Assembly (NCBI GenBank): GCA_965208675.1
Contig: OZ242351.1
Span: forward strand, 3,680,001-3,744,000
From: Candidatus Poribacteria bacterium
Lineage (GTDB): Bacteria > Poribacteria > WGA-4E > PCPOR2b
DNA length: 64,000 nt
Direction of reading: 5' to 3'
The translations under genes were made by a program, and so were the position numbers. Position 1 is the stretch's first letter. Every line of letters starts with the position of its first letter. Below, in pieces: positions 50,724 through 59,448 of this stretch. The notes under the pieces are model-generated. The model was not told the DNA's origin. It did no database searches and saw nothing but the letters and a program-made list of their open reading frames with translations.

Positions 50724-53700
50724 TCATTTGGAGTTGTATTCTGCCTCTAGCTTGATATTATTAGTGGGATTGTCGACAATGATGGTGTCTTTTAGGAATG
50801 CGTCCCAAGTTTGGCCGTTTAGCTTTACACAGCGCAAGCCCTTACCGCTGGGGCCGCGGACGTGTATCAGTAACCGACTAGGTTTACGCTGGGGGCACAG
50901 TTGGACATCACCTCGAATCGTCGTCTGATTCGGGTCTGCGGAAAAATGATAGGCCACCCGTCCAAAGTGGCTCGGTGCGTTTTCCACGCCGATGGGTTCG
51001 GGTTGTGCGAGCCATTTACGCGGCGTGGCTGGGGCAATATGGAGTGTCTCCTCTTCGTCTTCAAGAAGCATCAGGTTGCGCAAGAAATGGATGTAGTTGG
51101 AGCAGGCTTCCGAATGCGGCGAATCGCCCCCGCCCTTAATCCCTCGTCTCGGCGGAGTGAACTCGGTGTACTTGACGTTGAGACTTTGTACTTCGCTCCA
51201 ATCGTGCGTGGTGGAGCCGTTGGCCAAAAAGGCGTAGAACAGATTGGATGCACGATCCGGCTCGCCGCGATGAATGTAGCCCAACGCCAGATCGACAAAG
51301 ATATAGGGCCAAACCATTAACCCGCCAGTGGTGTGTCCGAGATATTCTCGAAACCGAAAGAAAGCGTCCATAAGCGGGTCGTGCGGTCCCATCACGCGGG
51401 AAGGATGGACGAGAATTCCGCCGAAAGCGGTTTCGAAGGTGCCCTCCTTTTGCGCTTCGCCGATTGCAACATTTGTAGGGATGGTGCCCGAAAAGTCGTT
51501 AAAGCGGACAAAACTCATTTCGATGGATCGATGAAGCGCCCGCTTCAGGTCTTCCGCCTGTTCCGCGTAGAAGGAAGCGTCTTGAGCCTTGTTTAACGCC
51601 CCCGCAGCTTTAGCCAACAACCGCAAACCCAGATATGCGAACGCATTGACGTAGAAACAGTGTCCGCCGCCGCCGCCTTCGCCGGACGATGGCGGCAGTA
51701 GTCCATATTCCGGCCTCTCAGGTTGGTTCAGGCGTTGACATTCTGCTTCTCTCATCCGGATAACCCAATCTGCGCCGCGAGTGAGGGAGCGATAGTTTTG
51801 CGCCAGCCATTCGTTATCTCCGCTCAACAGCCAGTACTCAAGCGCGCACCATAGCGTTTGACCTTGTGCATCGAACTGACGAGTCCGCGTTACCCAAATG
51901 CCGTCACGGCTAGGGTCGCCCGTACCCCACTGTCCTAGCGTCCATCGGGTACGAGGGAGCTCCTCCCGCGGCGTTAGTACGGTTTGAACCAGGGCGCGGT
52001 GTTCATCGAGAAATCCGGCATATCCCATCGCAATATTTTGGTAAGCGCAGTCTCTTATGGTGTGATCCCAGTAATAGAAAGGACCGCACATCATGAGCGG
52101 CAAATCCTTCGCGCCGAGGTACGTTTGATGGAGAACTAATGTTGCAAGGTGGTGGCGATATGTGGCTTCAACGACCGGTTCCGGGGTTATGAATCGGGTT
52201 GAAGACGCAATGAAACCGTTCCAATAGGATGAAACTCGGTCCAATGCCTCTTCCCAACGAATGTTTCGGGCGCTCTTTTCTTGTTCAAGCCAGAGTGTTC
52301 GTGGTTTGGGGCCGTAGATTGCGTATTCGCCCGGGTTGCGATCAGGCGGCACATCTTCGCCATAGTCCGCCGGGTTATCGGGGTAGCGCGGTTCAAGATG
52401 CACGCGCCAACTTTCACCAGTGTCATACGGGTGATAGGGATTACCGTAAGGCGCCGGTTCCGGACGGTCGATTGCCGGGACTCGCAATAGGTATTGGCGC
52501 TCTTCACCGTGTTGCAACGTGGGCGTATAGTGTAAGCGTTGGGAAAACGCAGTGAGGTCGACACCGAACGAATCGCGCAATCCCGAAATACCATCGTTGA
52601 AATCACGGCCAACGTCCATCTCGTAGCGAAGCAGCGCACCTATCATTTCTTGCGCGTCGGCTTCCGACTTCAATTCGCGCAGGAACGCCCCGGGGCCGCC
52701 CGCGTGGTGTTCGGAATCGATGATAAATTCGCCAATAGTTCCATCAACGTCAGCCTCAATCACGTCGGGTGTGAGTTCGACATCCGTTTTGTAGGCGCGA
52801 ATCCAACTGAGCATGGCGGGCTGACGCGACTCTGGCGTCGATCGAACCGAAATTTTGATGTATCCATCCCCGTCCGTATCTTCTCCGACGAACCGCTGAA
52901 CAACGTGTTTCAACCGTTCTAATTTAAGTTTTTGCGGGTTCGGATCGCCCTCGACTGACGCGATTATCTCTCTGGGCAATGGGGTATGCAGGTCACGGAT
53001 GTCCGGTTCCATCTTATCGTAGGGTTCATCCCAATTGGGGGTAGTGATGTTCGGGACGCCGCTGTAGCCGAGGAACACTTGAAGTTGCTCGCCCTTGTCA
53101 ACCTTCATCACGTATTCGATCGGGGTGCCGTACCACCCGTTCCGGTGCCGCAGCCATATTGTGGTTCGCGGAGCATCGTGCTCCCAGGGTGCGGCGGGCG
53201 TGGTGCGGGGATCGACGCAGCCGATCGGGCGTGCGATTCGCTCGGTTGGCACGACAGGATCCATAATAACCATCGGCTTGCCGCGGTCGGAGAATAGGCC
53301 GTCTTCCGCTTTCAGGGACGGTGCGCCGTCGAGCGTCACAATTAGTTTTCCTTTTTCCGGTTCGCTGGCTGTGTTCTTGAGTGAAATAGCGTAAAGGTCG
53401 AACGGCTGCGGGTCATTTGGGACCACAATGACGGAGACGCTGTAATGCACCCCTTGATGGTCCCATTGGTTAATACAGCCCGGCATCCAGCCGCCGGGGG
53501 ATTCCTGTTTGAAATTGTCGAGGACGTAGGGGAAAACCTCTGTTCCGTCGTCCGATAACAAGCCGAAACGCAGGTCAAATTCGCTATACCGGGCTTGCAT
53601 CAAGTAACTGAATGGCAACGGAACGGTGCCGGGAATTCCAATCGTGGTTTGGTTGTTGATTGGTGCGTGGCGTCCGAGATTCGCCTCGTAGAAGGTCGTC

Positions 53701-53810
53701 TGATAATCGAGGGGTTCGTAACCAAACCGCTCTCTCTGCGCATCGTTGGGCGGCGGCGAAACACGAGTTCCCCAAGTTTCGCTAGTGTCGACTTTTTTTT
53801 CATGTTCCAT
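50724..53810 (-). CDS. Large six-hairpin (alpha/alpha)6 glycosidase-like protein
   Basis: Y..HTIRD, QFDAQGQTLW, GADW, YGLLPP, NAFAYLGL, GDSPH, APSHFG motifs typical of six-hairpin glycosidases; ATG after GAGGA. Confidence 0.65.
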   Translation of the reverse strand: MEHEKKVDTSETWGTRVSPPPNDAQRERFGYEPLDYQTTFYEANLGRHAPINNQTTIGIPGTVPLPFSYLMQARYSEFDLRFGLLSDDGTEVFPYVLDNFKQESPGGWMPGCINQWDHQGVHYSVSVIVVPNDPQPFDLYAISLKNTASEPEKGKLIVTLDGAPSLKAEDGLFSDRGKPMVIMDPVVPTERIARPIGCVDPRTTPAAPWEHDAPRTTIWLRHRNGWYGTPIEYVMKVDKGEQLQVFLGYSGVPNITTPNWDEPYDKMEPDIRDLHTPLPREIIASVEGDPNPQKLKLERLKHVVQRFVGEDTDGDGYIKISVRSTPESRQPAMLSWIRAYKTDVELTPDVIEADVDGTIGEFIIDSEHHAGGPGAFLRELKSEADAQEMIGALLRYEMDVGRDFNDGISGLRDSFGVDLTAFSQRLHYTPTLQHGEERQYLLRVPAIDRPEPAPYGNPYHPYDTGESWRVHLEPRYPDNPADYGEDVPPDRNPGEYAIYGPKPRTLWLEQEKSARNIRWEEALDRVSSYWNGFIASSTRFITPEPVVEATYRHHLATLVLHQTYLGAKDLPLMMCGPFYYWDHTIRDCAYQNIAMGYAGFLDEHRALVQTVLTPREELPRTRWTLGQWGTGDPSRDGIWVTRTRQFDAQGQTLWCALEYWLLSGDNEWLAQNYRSLTRGADWVIRMREAECQRLNQPERPEYGLLPPSSGEGGGGGHCFYVNAFAYLGLRLLAKAAGALNKAQDASFYAEQAEDLKRALHRSIEMSFVRFNDFSGTIPTNVAIGEAQKEGTFETAFGGILVHPSRVMGPHDPLMDAFFRFREYLGHTTGGLMVWPYIFVDLALGYIHRGEPDRASNLFYAFLANGSTTHDWSEVQSLNVKYTEFTPPRRGIKGGGDSPHSEACSNYIHFLRNLMLLEDEEETLHIAPATPRKWLAQPEPIGVENAPSHFGRVAYHFSADPNQTTIRGDVQLCPQRKPSRLLIHVRGPSGKGLRCVKLNGQTWDAFLKDTIIVDNPTNNIKLEAEYNSK

Positions 53811-53914
53811 ATTTTGTCCTCGCTTGCGTGGGGGGTTGAGATTTGCTACCGATGTATTGGATTTCAATCGCAGTCACTAGAAAATTATCGCCCTCGCCAT
53901 TCGCTCAATATATC

Positions 53915-54017
53915 GTTGGGTTGCGCTACGTTCTTGTTCGAGTTGATGCAGTATCGCATAAGTGGGTTCAACTGGAGTGGGAGACATATTTAATTGAATC
54001 CGCGTTACCCAACCTAC
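53915..54017. repeat. 103-bp REP/MITE-like element, copy 3 (more diverged)
   Basis: GTTGGGTTGCGCTAC...ATTGAATCCGCGTTACCCAACCTAC, same length as copies 1 and 2. Confidence 0.75.
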
Positions 54018-54033
54018 ATTGCTACGTTACTCA

Positions 54034-55446
54034 TTACTTACCCACGGCGTTGAGCATGTCGGAGAGATTTACGAACTTGTCACGGACTTTTCCTGCTTTT
54101 TTTCCGTTCTCGGTCTCTAGGGAATCCAGTCTCTTCCAGTCTGCGAATGTCAGATAGACGATGTTTCTGGAACTCAAGAGCCGTTCGACGGCTTCCGGCT
54201 GCATATTTTCGGTTACCGGCGCGACTTTACCGTCAATATCCTCCATCATGCAGCGGACGGTCTCGGAAGAATCCGGCTTGTTGTCACCCACGAGTCCTGA
54301 AGGGCCGCGCTTCATCCAACCCACCACGTACTGTCCCGGTACGAATTTCCGGGTCTTGGGATCGATTACACGACCTCGTTCATTCGGGATAATTCCCCAT
54401 TTCTCATGAAAGGGAACACCCGGCAGCGGGACGCCGTGATATCCGACGGATCGGAAGACGGCGCCGCACGAGAGTGTTTCGTATTCATCGGTTCCGCGAG
54501 GCCGGAGGTTACCCTTGTCATCTTTATAAAGCGCATTTTTCTCAATCTTGACGCTGGCCACCTGTCCATTTTCCCCCGTAATTTCTACCGGCGAACGAAG
54601 TAGTCGAAGGAAGACCTTTTTTGGATTCGTCCCCAGCCCTTCACCGGACTTTTCTGTTAGGTATGTGACATTCTGCCGCGTCTGTTTGCTGTCGTCCAGT
54701 AGTTTTCTGGAGTCCTCATCAAGCGCAACATCTGCGGGGTCGACAACCAAGTCTACTCCGCTGAGCGCCCCGATTTCTTTTATTTCCTTCGGCGTGAAAG
54801 CTGCTTGTGCGGCGCCCCGGCGGCCGAGAATCACAATCTCCTTTACGCGGCTCTTCCGCAGGGATTCCAGAGCGTAGTCCGAAATATCAGTCTTTGCCAA
54901 CTCATCGGGCGACTTTGCGAGGACGCGCGCCACGTCCATTGCCACGTTTCCTATACCCACGACGACTACGCGCTCATGATCCAGATTAAAGTGTGCATCC
55001 ACGTAATCGGGGTGCCCGTTATACCATGCGACAAACGCTGTCGCGGTGTAGCTGCCTTCAAAAGATTCACCGGGAATATTGAGTCTTCGGTCTGTTTCAT
55101 TTCCGACTGCAAATACAATCTGATCGTAGTGCGCCGTGAGGTCCTCCGCTTGCAGATCGCGTCCGAACTGGACGTTACCGAAGAAACGAAAACGCGGATG
55201 CGCGGCAGTGCGCTCATACACCCGAATCACATTCTTGATTTTTTGGTGATCTGGTGCTACCCCAAACCGAACAAGACCATACGGGGTAGGTAGCCGGTCA
55301 AAGATGTCGACATCAACAGCAACGTCTTCTTGTTGGAGCAGCGCTTCTGCCGCATAAAAACCGGAAGGTCCCGATCCGACGATGGCGGTTCGTAGCGGTC
55401 TTCGCTCACTGCCCACAGGGTACTGATGATTTGTTGCCTCGGTCAT
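54034..55446 (-). CDS. Ferredoxin--NADP+ reductase (FprA/adrenodoxin reductase type)
   Basis: VGSGPSG, PTPYGLVRFGVAPDH, WYNGHPD, GIGNVAMD, GWMKRGPSG; AGGAG RBS before the ATG at 55446. Confidence 0.93.
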   Translation of the reverse strand: MTEATNHQYPVGSERRPLRTAIVGSGPSGFYAAEALLQQEDVAVDVDIFDRLPTPYGLVRFGVAPDHQKIKNVIRVYERTAAHPRFRFFGNVQFGRDLQAEDLTAHYDQIVFAVGNETDRRLNIPGESFEGSYTATAFVAWYNGHPDYVDAHFNLDHERVVVVGIGNVAMDVARVLAKSPDELAKTDISDYALESLRKSRVKEIVILGRRGAAQAAFTPKEIKEIGALSGVDLVVDPADVALDEDSRKLLDDSKQTRQNVTYLTEKSGEGLGTNPKKVFLRLLRSPVEITGENGQVASVKIEKNALYKDDKGNLRPRGTDEYETLSCGAVFRSVGYHGVPLPGVPFHEKWGIIPNERGRVIDPKTRKFVPGQYVVGWMKRGPSGLVGDNKPDSSETVRCMMEDIDGKVAPVTENMQPEAVERLLSSRNIVYLTFADWKRLDSLETENGKKAGKVRDKFVNLSDMLNAVGK

Positions 55447-55513
55447 ACTAAAACTCCTAAAAAACAATAGCTTAATTTTATGGTCAATTCCATTCACGTT
55501 TACGCAAAATACG

Positions 55514-55582
55514 GTGGGTGCGGTTTCCAACTGCGCTTATAAAATTTGATAAAAACCGGTTCGGCTAGAAAACCCAACTTAC
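55514..55582. repeat. Degenerate REP pair
   Basis: GTGGGTGCGGTTTCCAACTGCGC and GGTTCGGCTAGAAAACCCAACTTAC, same families as 43542..43679. Confidence 0.55.
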
Positions 55583-55992
55583 TGCGGTGTGAAAAAAATA
55601 ATGGGTTCAACTATTTTAATCAACTCTCACACGCCGGTCAACGGTAATCTTAGCACGTTTGTATTGGGTTCTGTTGCGCTTTGGCAAATTGAAGCATCGC
55701 CAATCCGAGAGTTTTTGGGCAGTTACAAGACCTGCCGATACAATTTTTTGGCGAATTACACGGTCGTTTGTTGCATTGGCAGCACCAAAATGTCAACACG
55801 CTCTATTCACGAGGATGGTTTACACATTGTGCTGGAATCAATTAGGGCTTGGAAAACTAAATCGACAGATATGGAGCAGTGGTATCCATATATTACTGAG
55901 TTACGGAAACAGCGTTTTGAAGAAAAAAACTCTGTTTCAAGTTACATTCTGCGCGGCTTACACGGCTACCTTGTGTTAGAGAAGCTAACGCA

Positions 55993-56829
55993 TCAAACCT
56001 CAAATCGAAGCAATCGTTTTTGCGCGTAAGCAGGTAAGTTCCGTGTCGGCGGTTCATGCAAATAGCCGACAGGTGAACAGATTGCGGTGACACTGCCAAC
56101 CTGCTGATGGAACGGGAAATGGGAGTGACCAAAGAGCGCATGGGTGACAAGCGTTTCGTTTTGGCAGATTTCACCTAGCCCCTGACTGCCCATGAATGCA
56201 CTAAAGAAATCCCACGGGAGTTTGCCGCGATAGCGCACGCAGGCCTGAAATGGAACGTGGTGGGTGACCACAACGATACGGCGAACTGAATCCTTAATTG
56301 TATTAATCTGACTTTGCAGTTCATTTTCAAATCGTTGTGCGACTTCAAGGTCATCCGTTCCCCACTTTGCGTATTTCAAATCGTTCCATACCGCCCCAAA
56401 CAGTTGTTTTGCGGTGTATCTCCCTATCGGAATCTTATACGATTCCTTTCGAAAAGAGTAGTCGTACCATCCGATTGTCCCGCAAACCCCAACGTCGTTA
56501 ACAACAAGCGGGTCGGCAGTGAGCGGGTGGAAACCGCACTCGCGGCAAACCGTCTCGATGGCACAATATTTTTGCTGACTGGTGACATGTGGGCGTTCGG
56601 TAACCCAAATATCGTGATTGCCTGGCACGAACAACTTTGGACAAGCAAGACCTGATTCGGAGAATTCGGCAAGAATCTTGGCGAGTTCAAGCAGATTGGC
56701 AGAGAGATCGCCGGCTAGGACGAATATGTCCAATTTTGCGACTTCAGCCGCCTCAACGATATAAGGGAGTATCTGCTTATTCAGCGGGGAGGCATCGACA
56801 TGAAGATCCGAAATGAGACCGATTTTCAT
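55993..56829 (-). CDS. Calcineurin-like metallophosphoesterase
   Basis: SDLH, AGD, PGNHD, THHVP, GHSH. Confidence 0.9.
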   Translation of the reverse strand: MKIGLISDLHVDASPLNKQILPYIVEAAEVAKLDIFVLAGDLSANLLELAKILAEFSESGLACPKLFVPGNHDIWVTERPHVTSQQKYCAIETVCRECGFHPLTADPLVVNDVGVCGTIGWYDYSFRKESYKIPIGRYTAKQLFGAVWNDLKYAKWGTDDLEVAQRFENELQSQINTIKDSVRRIVVVTHHVPFQACVRYRGKLPWDFFSAFMGSQGLGEICQNETLVTHALFGHSHFPFHQQVGSVTAICSPVGYLHEPPTRNLPAYAQKRLLRFEV

Positions 56830-56891
56830 GGGTTTCAAAATCGGCTGATTATGATATGTAGTTGGGTTAGGTTCACCGGGCAAGCGTAGCG

Positions 56892-58319
56892 CTACATGGA
56901 TTGAGATTCAATCTGGTCGAGTAATTCAGCGAGGAATGTGCCTAAGCCGCTATCTTCTTGAGGCTGCTGCTGTTGTGCTTGCAGGGTTTTGCGGAGCGCT
57001 TGTATTGAAACACTATCACCAATCTTGGCAATGGCATCAACCAAAGTCAGTTTAATGGTTGCATCCGTGGAGAGTCTCAGCGCGTCAATTAACACGTTTC
57101 GCGCTTTGTCTCCACCGATATTACCGAGCGCCGACGCTGCGATGTCTTTGACACTGGCATCGCCGCCCTTAAAAGCTGTGATGAGGGCATCGACAGCGGG
57201 GGCGCCGATCTGACTGAGGGTGAGGCCTGCCTGAAAACGCACCCCTGGAATTTCCTCACCATCCTCCATCACAGCGATTAAATCTGCGATAGCGGACGAG
57301 GGTTTGAGGTTTCCCAGAATGGAGAGGCAAGCACGTCGAATTTCTTGATCCGGTTCGACGACACGCTTGATATATTTTTTTGCCAACTCCACCATTCGCT
57401 CTGTATTTACTTTCTGGTGGAGTGCTACGGATCTGTGCCGAAATTGTGTACCGAATGGATCTGTAAGAACCGCCCGATTTTCCTCAAGATCGACTGTGAC
57501 TAGCCCCTGAATTTCTGCGGATTCACGTTGATGCTGAGGCAATTCATCTGCCGGAAGCTCGTCTGTACCCGCCTGCCGGAATTGCTGCAATAAATTATCC
57601 AGATGCCCCAGTGTCACGAGGCGTTCCAGTGATTTGGCGGCGGGTTTCCGCAAAGAGATTTCCGGGCTATTTTCAAGGATTTCTGTTAAGTCGTCCACCG
57701 CCTGTGCATCGCCCAGATTTCCGAGGGCAATGACCGCTGCGATTTTCACGCCGATGAGTTCGGTTGTCCGGAATTTTACTTTGGAATCGTATTTGGCGAA
57801 TTCACGCATTGCTTCCTTGTAGTCCTTAATTGTTTTGATGTTTCGCTCATCAATGACGCTTTTGATGGTATCATTAACTTTGATATTGGCTATATCAGCG
57901 GGGCTCCCCGGTTCGATTTTACTGACCTGATTCCCATTGACCGTCAAGCCGACCTTATCGCCCGTTCTTCGGACTGCCATGCGAATGTCTCTGCCGTCCG
58001 TTAACTTCAGGATAAAATTATTGTCGTCTTTCATCGCCTTTTTCTCATCGTAGTCACCGATTTCGTTGATGGATCGTTCGCCAATTACGTAGGTGATCAG
58101 TTCGCCGGGTTCTAATTTCGCCCTGGCTGCGGAACCGTTTTCCTTGACATCAATAATTACTACCCCGGTTGTTGACCACCGGTTATCGAGGTCGCTGTCC
58201 AACTGCTGGACTTCCATTTGAAGTCGATTATCGTAGTAACGATTTTCTCCTGCGCAGCCAATCGCAAACAGACAGATTAGCGTGCTTAAAAGCACGTAAA
58301 ATTGTATTTTCCGATTCAT
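56892..58319 (-). CDS. Lipoprotein with two PDZ-like domains and HEAT repeats
   Basis: Lipobox AIGC; GVVIIDVKENGSAARAKL and IEPGSPADIANIKVND PDZ motifs; ALGNLGD.AV..L HEAT repeats. Confidence 0.75.
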   Translation of the reverse strand: MNRKIQFYVLLSTLICLFAIGCAGENRYYDNRLQMEVQQLDSDLDNRWSTTGVVIIDVKENGSAARAKLEPGELITYVIGERSINEIGDYDEKKAMKDDNNFILKLTDGRDIRMAVRRTGDKVGLTVNGNQVSKIEPGSPADIANIKVNDTIKSVIDERNIKTIKDYKEAMREFAKYDSKVKFRTTELIGVKIAAVIALGNLGDAQAVDDLTEILENSPEISLRKPAAKSLERLVTLGHLDNLLQQFRQAGTDELPADELPQHQRESAEIQGLVTVDLEENRAVLTDPFGTQFRHRSVALHQKVNTERMVELAKKYIKRVVEPDQEIRRACLSILGNLKPSSAIADLIAVMEDGEEIPGVRFQAGLTLSQIGAPAVDALITAFKGGDASVKDIAASALGNIGGDKARNVLIDALRLSTDATIKLTLVDAIAKIGDSVSIQALRKTLQAQQQQPQEDSGLGTFLAELLDQIESQSM

Positions 58320-58422
58320 CGTGTTCCCTTTCCGAAAATAGAGGTATCCGCCAAAGCTCTTGGCTTGAAATCTGGAGGTTGGCGGGTTTTGCAGATAACC
58401 GCGGCGTCATGAGACAATTTGG

Positions 58423-59319
58423 CTATCTCAACTTGGCAACAACTTCTCGGCTGCCTTGTTCACCCAAAACATCCAACAGGGGCTTAACGGCTTTTTCATC
58501 TCCCAATTTTTCTAACGCTTGAATTGCGTCAACTCGCATTGCAGAACCCTTGTTTTCGACGATTTGGACTAACTCTTGTACGGCAGAGCCGCCAATTTTG
58601 CCTAATGCTTCAACTGCGAGCCGCCGTACTTCGGAAGCTTCTCTATCTTTCTTGCGTTTGGCTGACCCGGAGTTGATTACCGTCACTAGCATTGGGATGG
58701 CACGCTCATCACCAATTTCACCGAATGCTTTGACTACATTCAGGCGTGTTTCCATCCGTTTGTAATCCATCAATTCTTCTAGAATAGGCATAATTGTGTC
58801 TGGATCTTGCTTTGCGATTGACCCCATTACCAACTGCGCATCATGCCGGTCACGATTGTCTTTGGATTTAATGGCTTTTTTTAGCGCTTTGAGAAGGTCA
58901 TTCCGATCCCCTTGCGTGTAAACGAGATTGAGCGCTTCGAGCGCCGCTTCTTGCACTTCGCGCGATTGGTGCCTTAAGGTCTCGAACACGAGGATTTCTA
59001 AGTATTTGCGCTTATCGTTCTGGTAGGCGATAAACATATGCTTGCCTCGTTCTTTAATAGAGGCTTTCTTTATGGCTTGTGTTTGGTCTTCAGCATAGAA
59101 GTCCTCAGAATCGTAATGTCCGAGAAGGTAGTGCGCTTCGGCGTTATCGGGCTCTTCTACAATTGCCGTTTTAAATCGCTCAACGGCGCGCGCTTCCTTA
59201 TTCCGTTTTTCCGACTTGATGAGCTCTTTTCCTTTCGCCAGGTTTTCGTTTTGGCTGCCGCAACCAATCAAAAGAATCCCAACTGGTATGAGGCACAGCT
59301 TGAAAAGTGTTTTGATCAT
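58423..59319 (-). CDS. Lipoprotein with TPR-like segment and HEAT repeats
   Basis: Lipobox LIGC; EPDNAEAHYLLG; VR..AV.ALG.IG repeats; GGAG RBS before the ATG at 59319. Confidence 0.75.
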   Translation of the reverse strand: MIKTLFKLCLIPVGILLIGCGSQNENLAKGKELIKSEKRNKEARAVERFKTAIVEEPDNAEAHYLLGHYDSEDFYAEDQTQAIKKASIKERGKHMFIAYQNDKRKYLEILVFETLRHQSREVQEAALEALNLVYTQGDRNDLLKALKKAIKSKDNRDRHDAQLVMGSIAKQDPDTIMPILEELMDYKRMETRLNVVKAFGEIGDERAIPMLVTVINSGSAKRKKDREASEVRRLAVEALGKIGGSAVQELVQIVENKGSAMRVDAIQALEKLGDEKAVKPLLDVLGEQGSREVVAKLR

Positions 59320-59448
59320 TTTAGACTCCAGGTCCGTAAAGTGAAACATTAGGTATTTCGAATTAGGGGTCAGAATTTGCCGTCAAACGACAATCCGTTA
59401 CCGACTCAAACTGGGCGGCCTTTCATAGACTCATTGCCGCGATATGTA

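Noticed and set aside
55589-56029. 146-aa and 106-aa + strand ORFs
   Set aside because: No motifs or clear RBS; they start next to REP sequences and cannot be supported.
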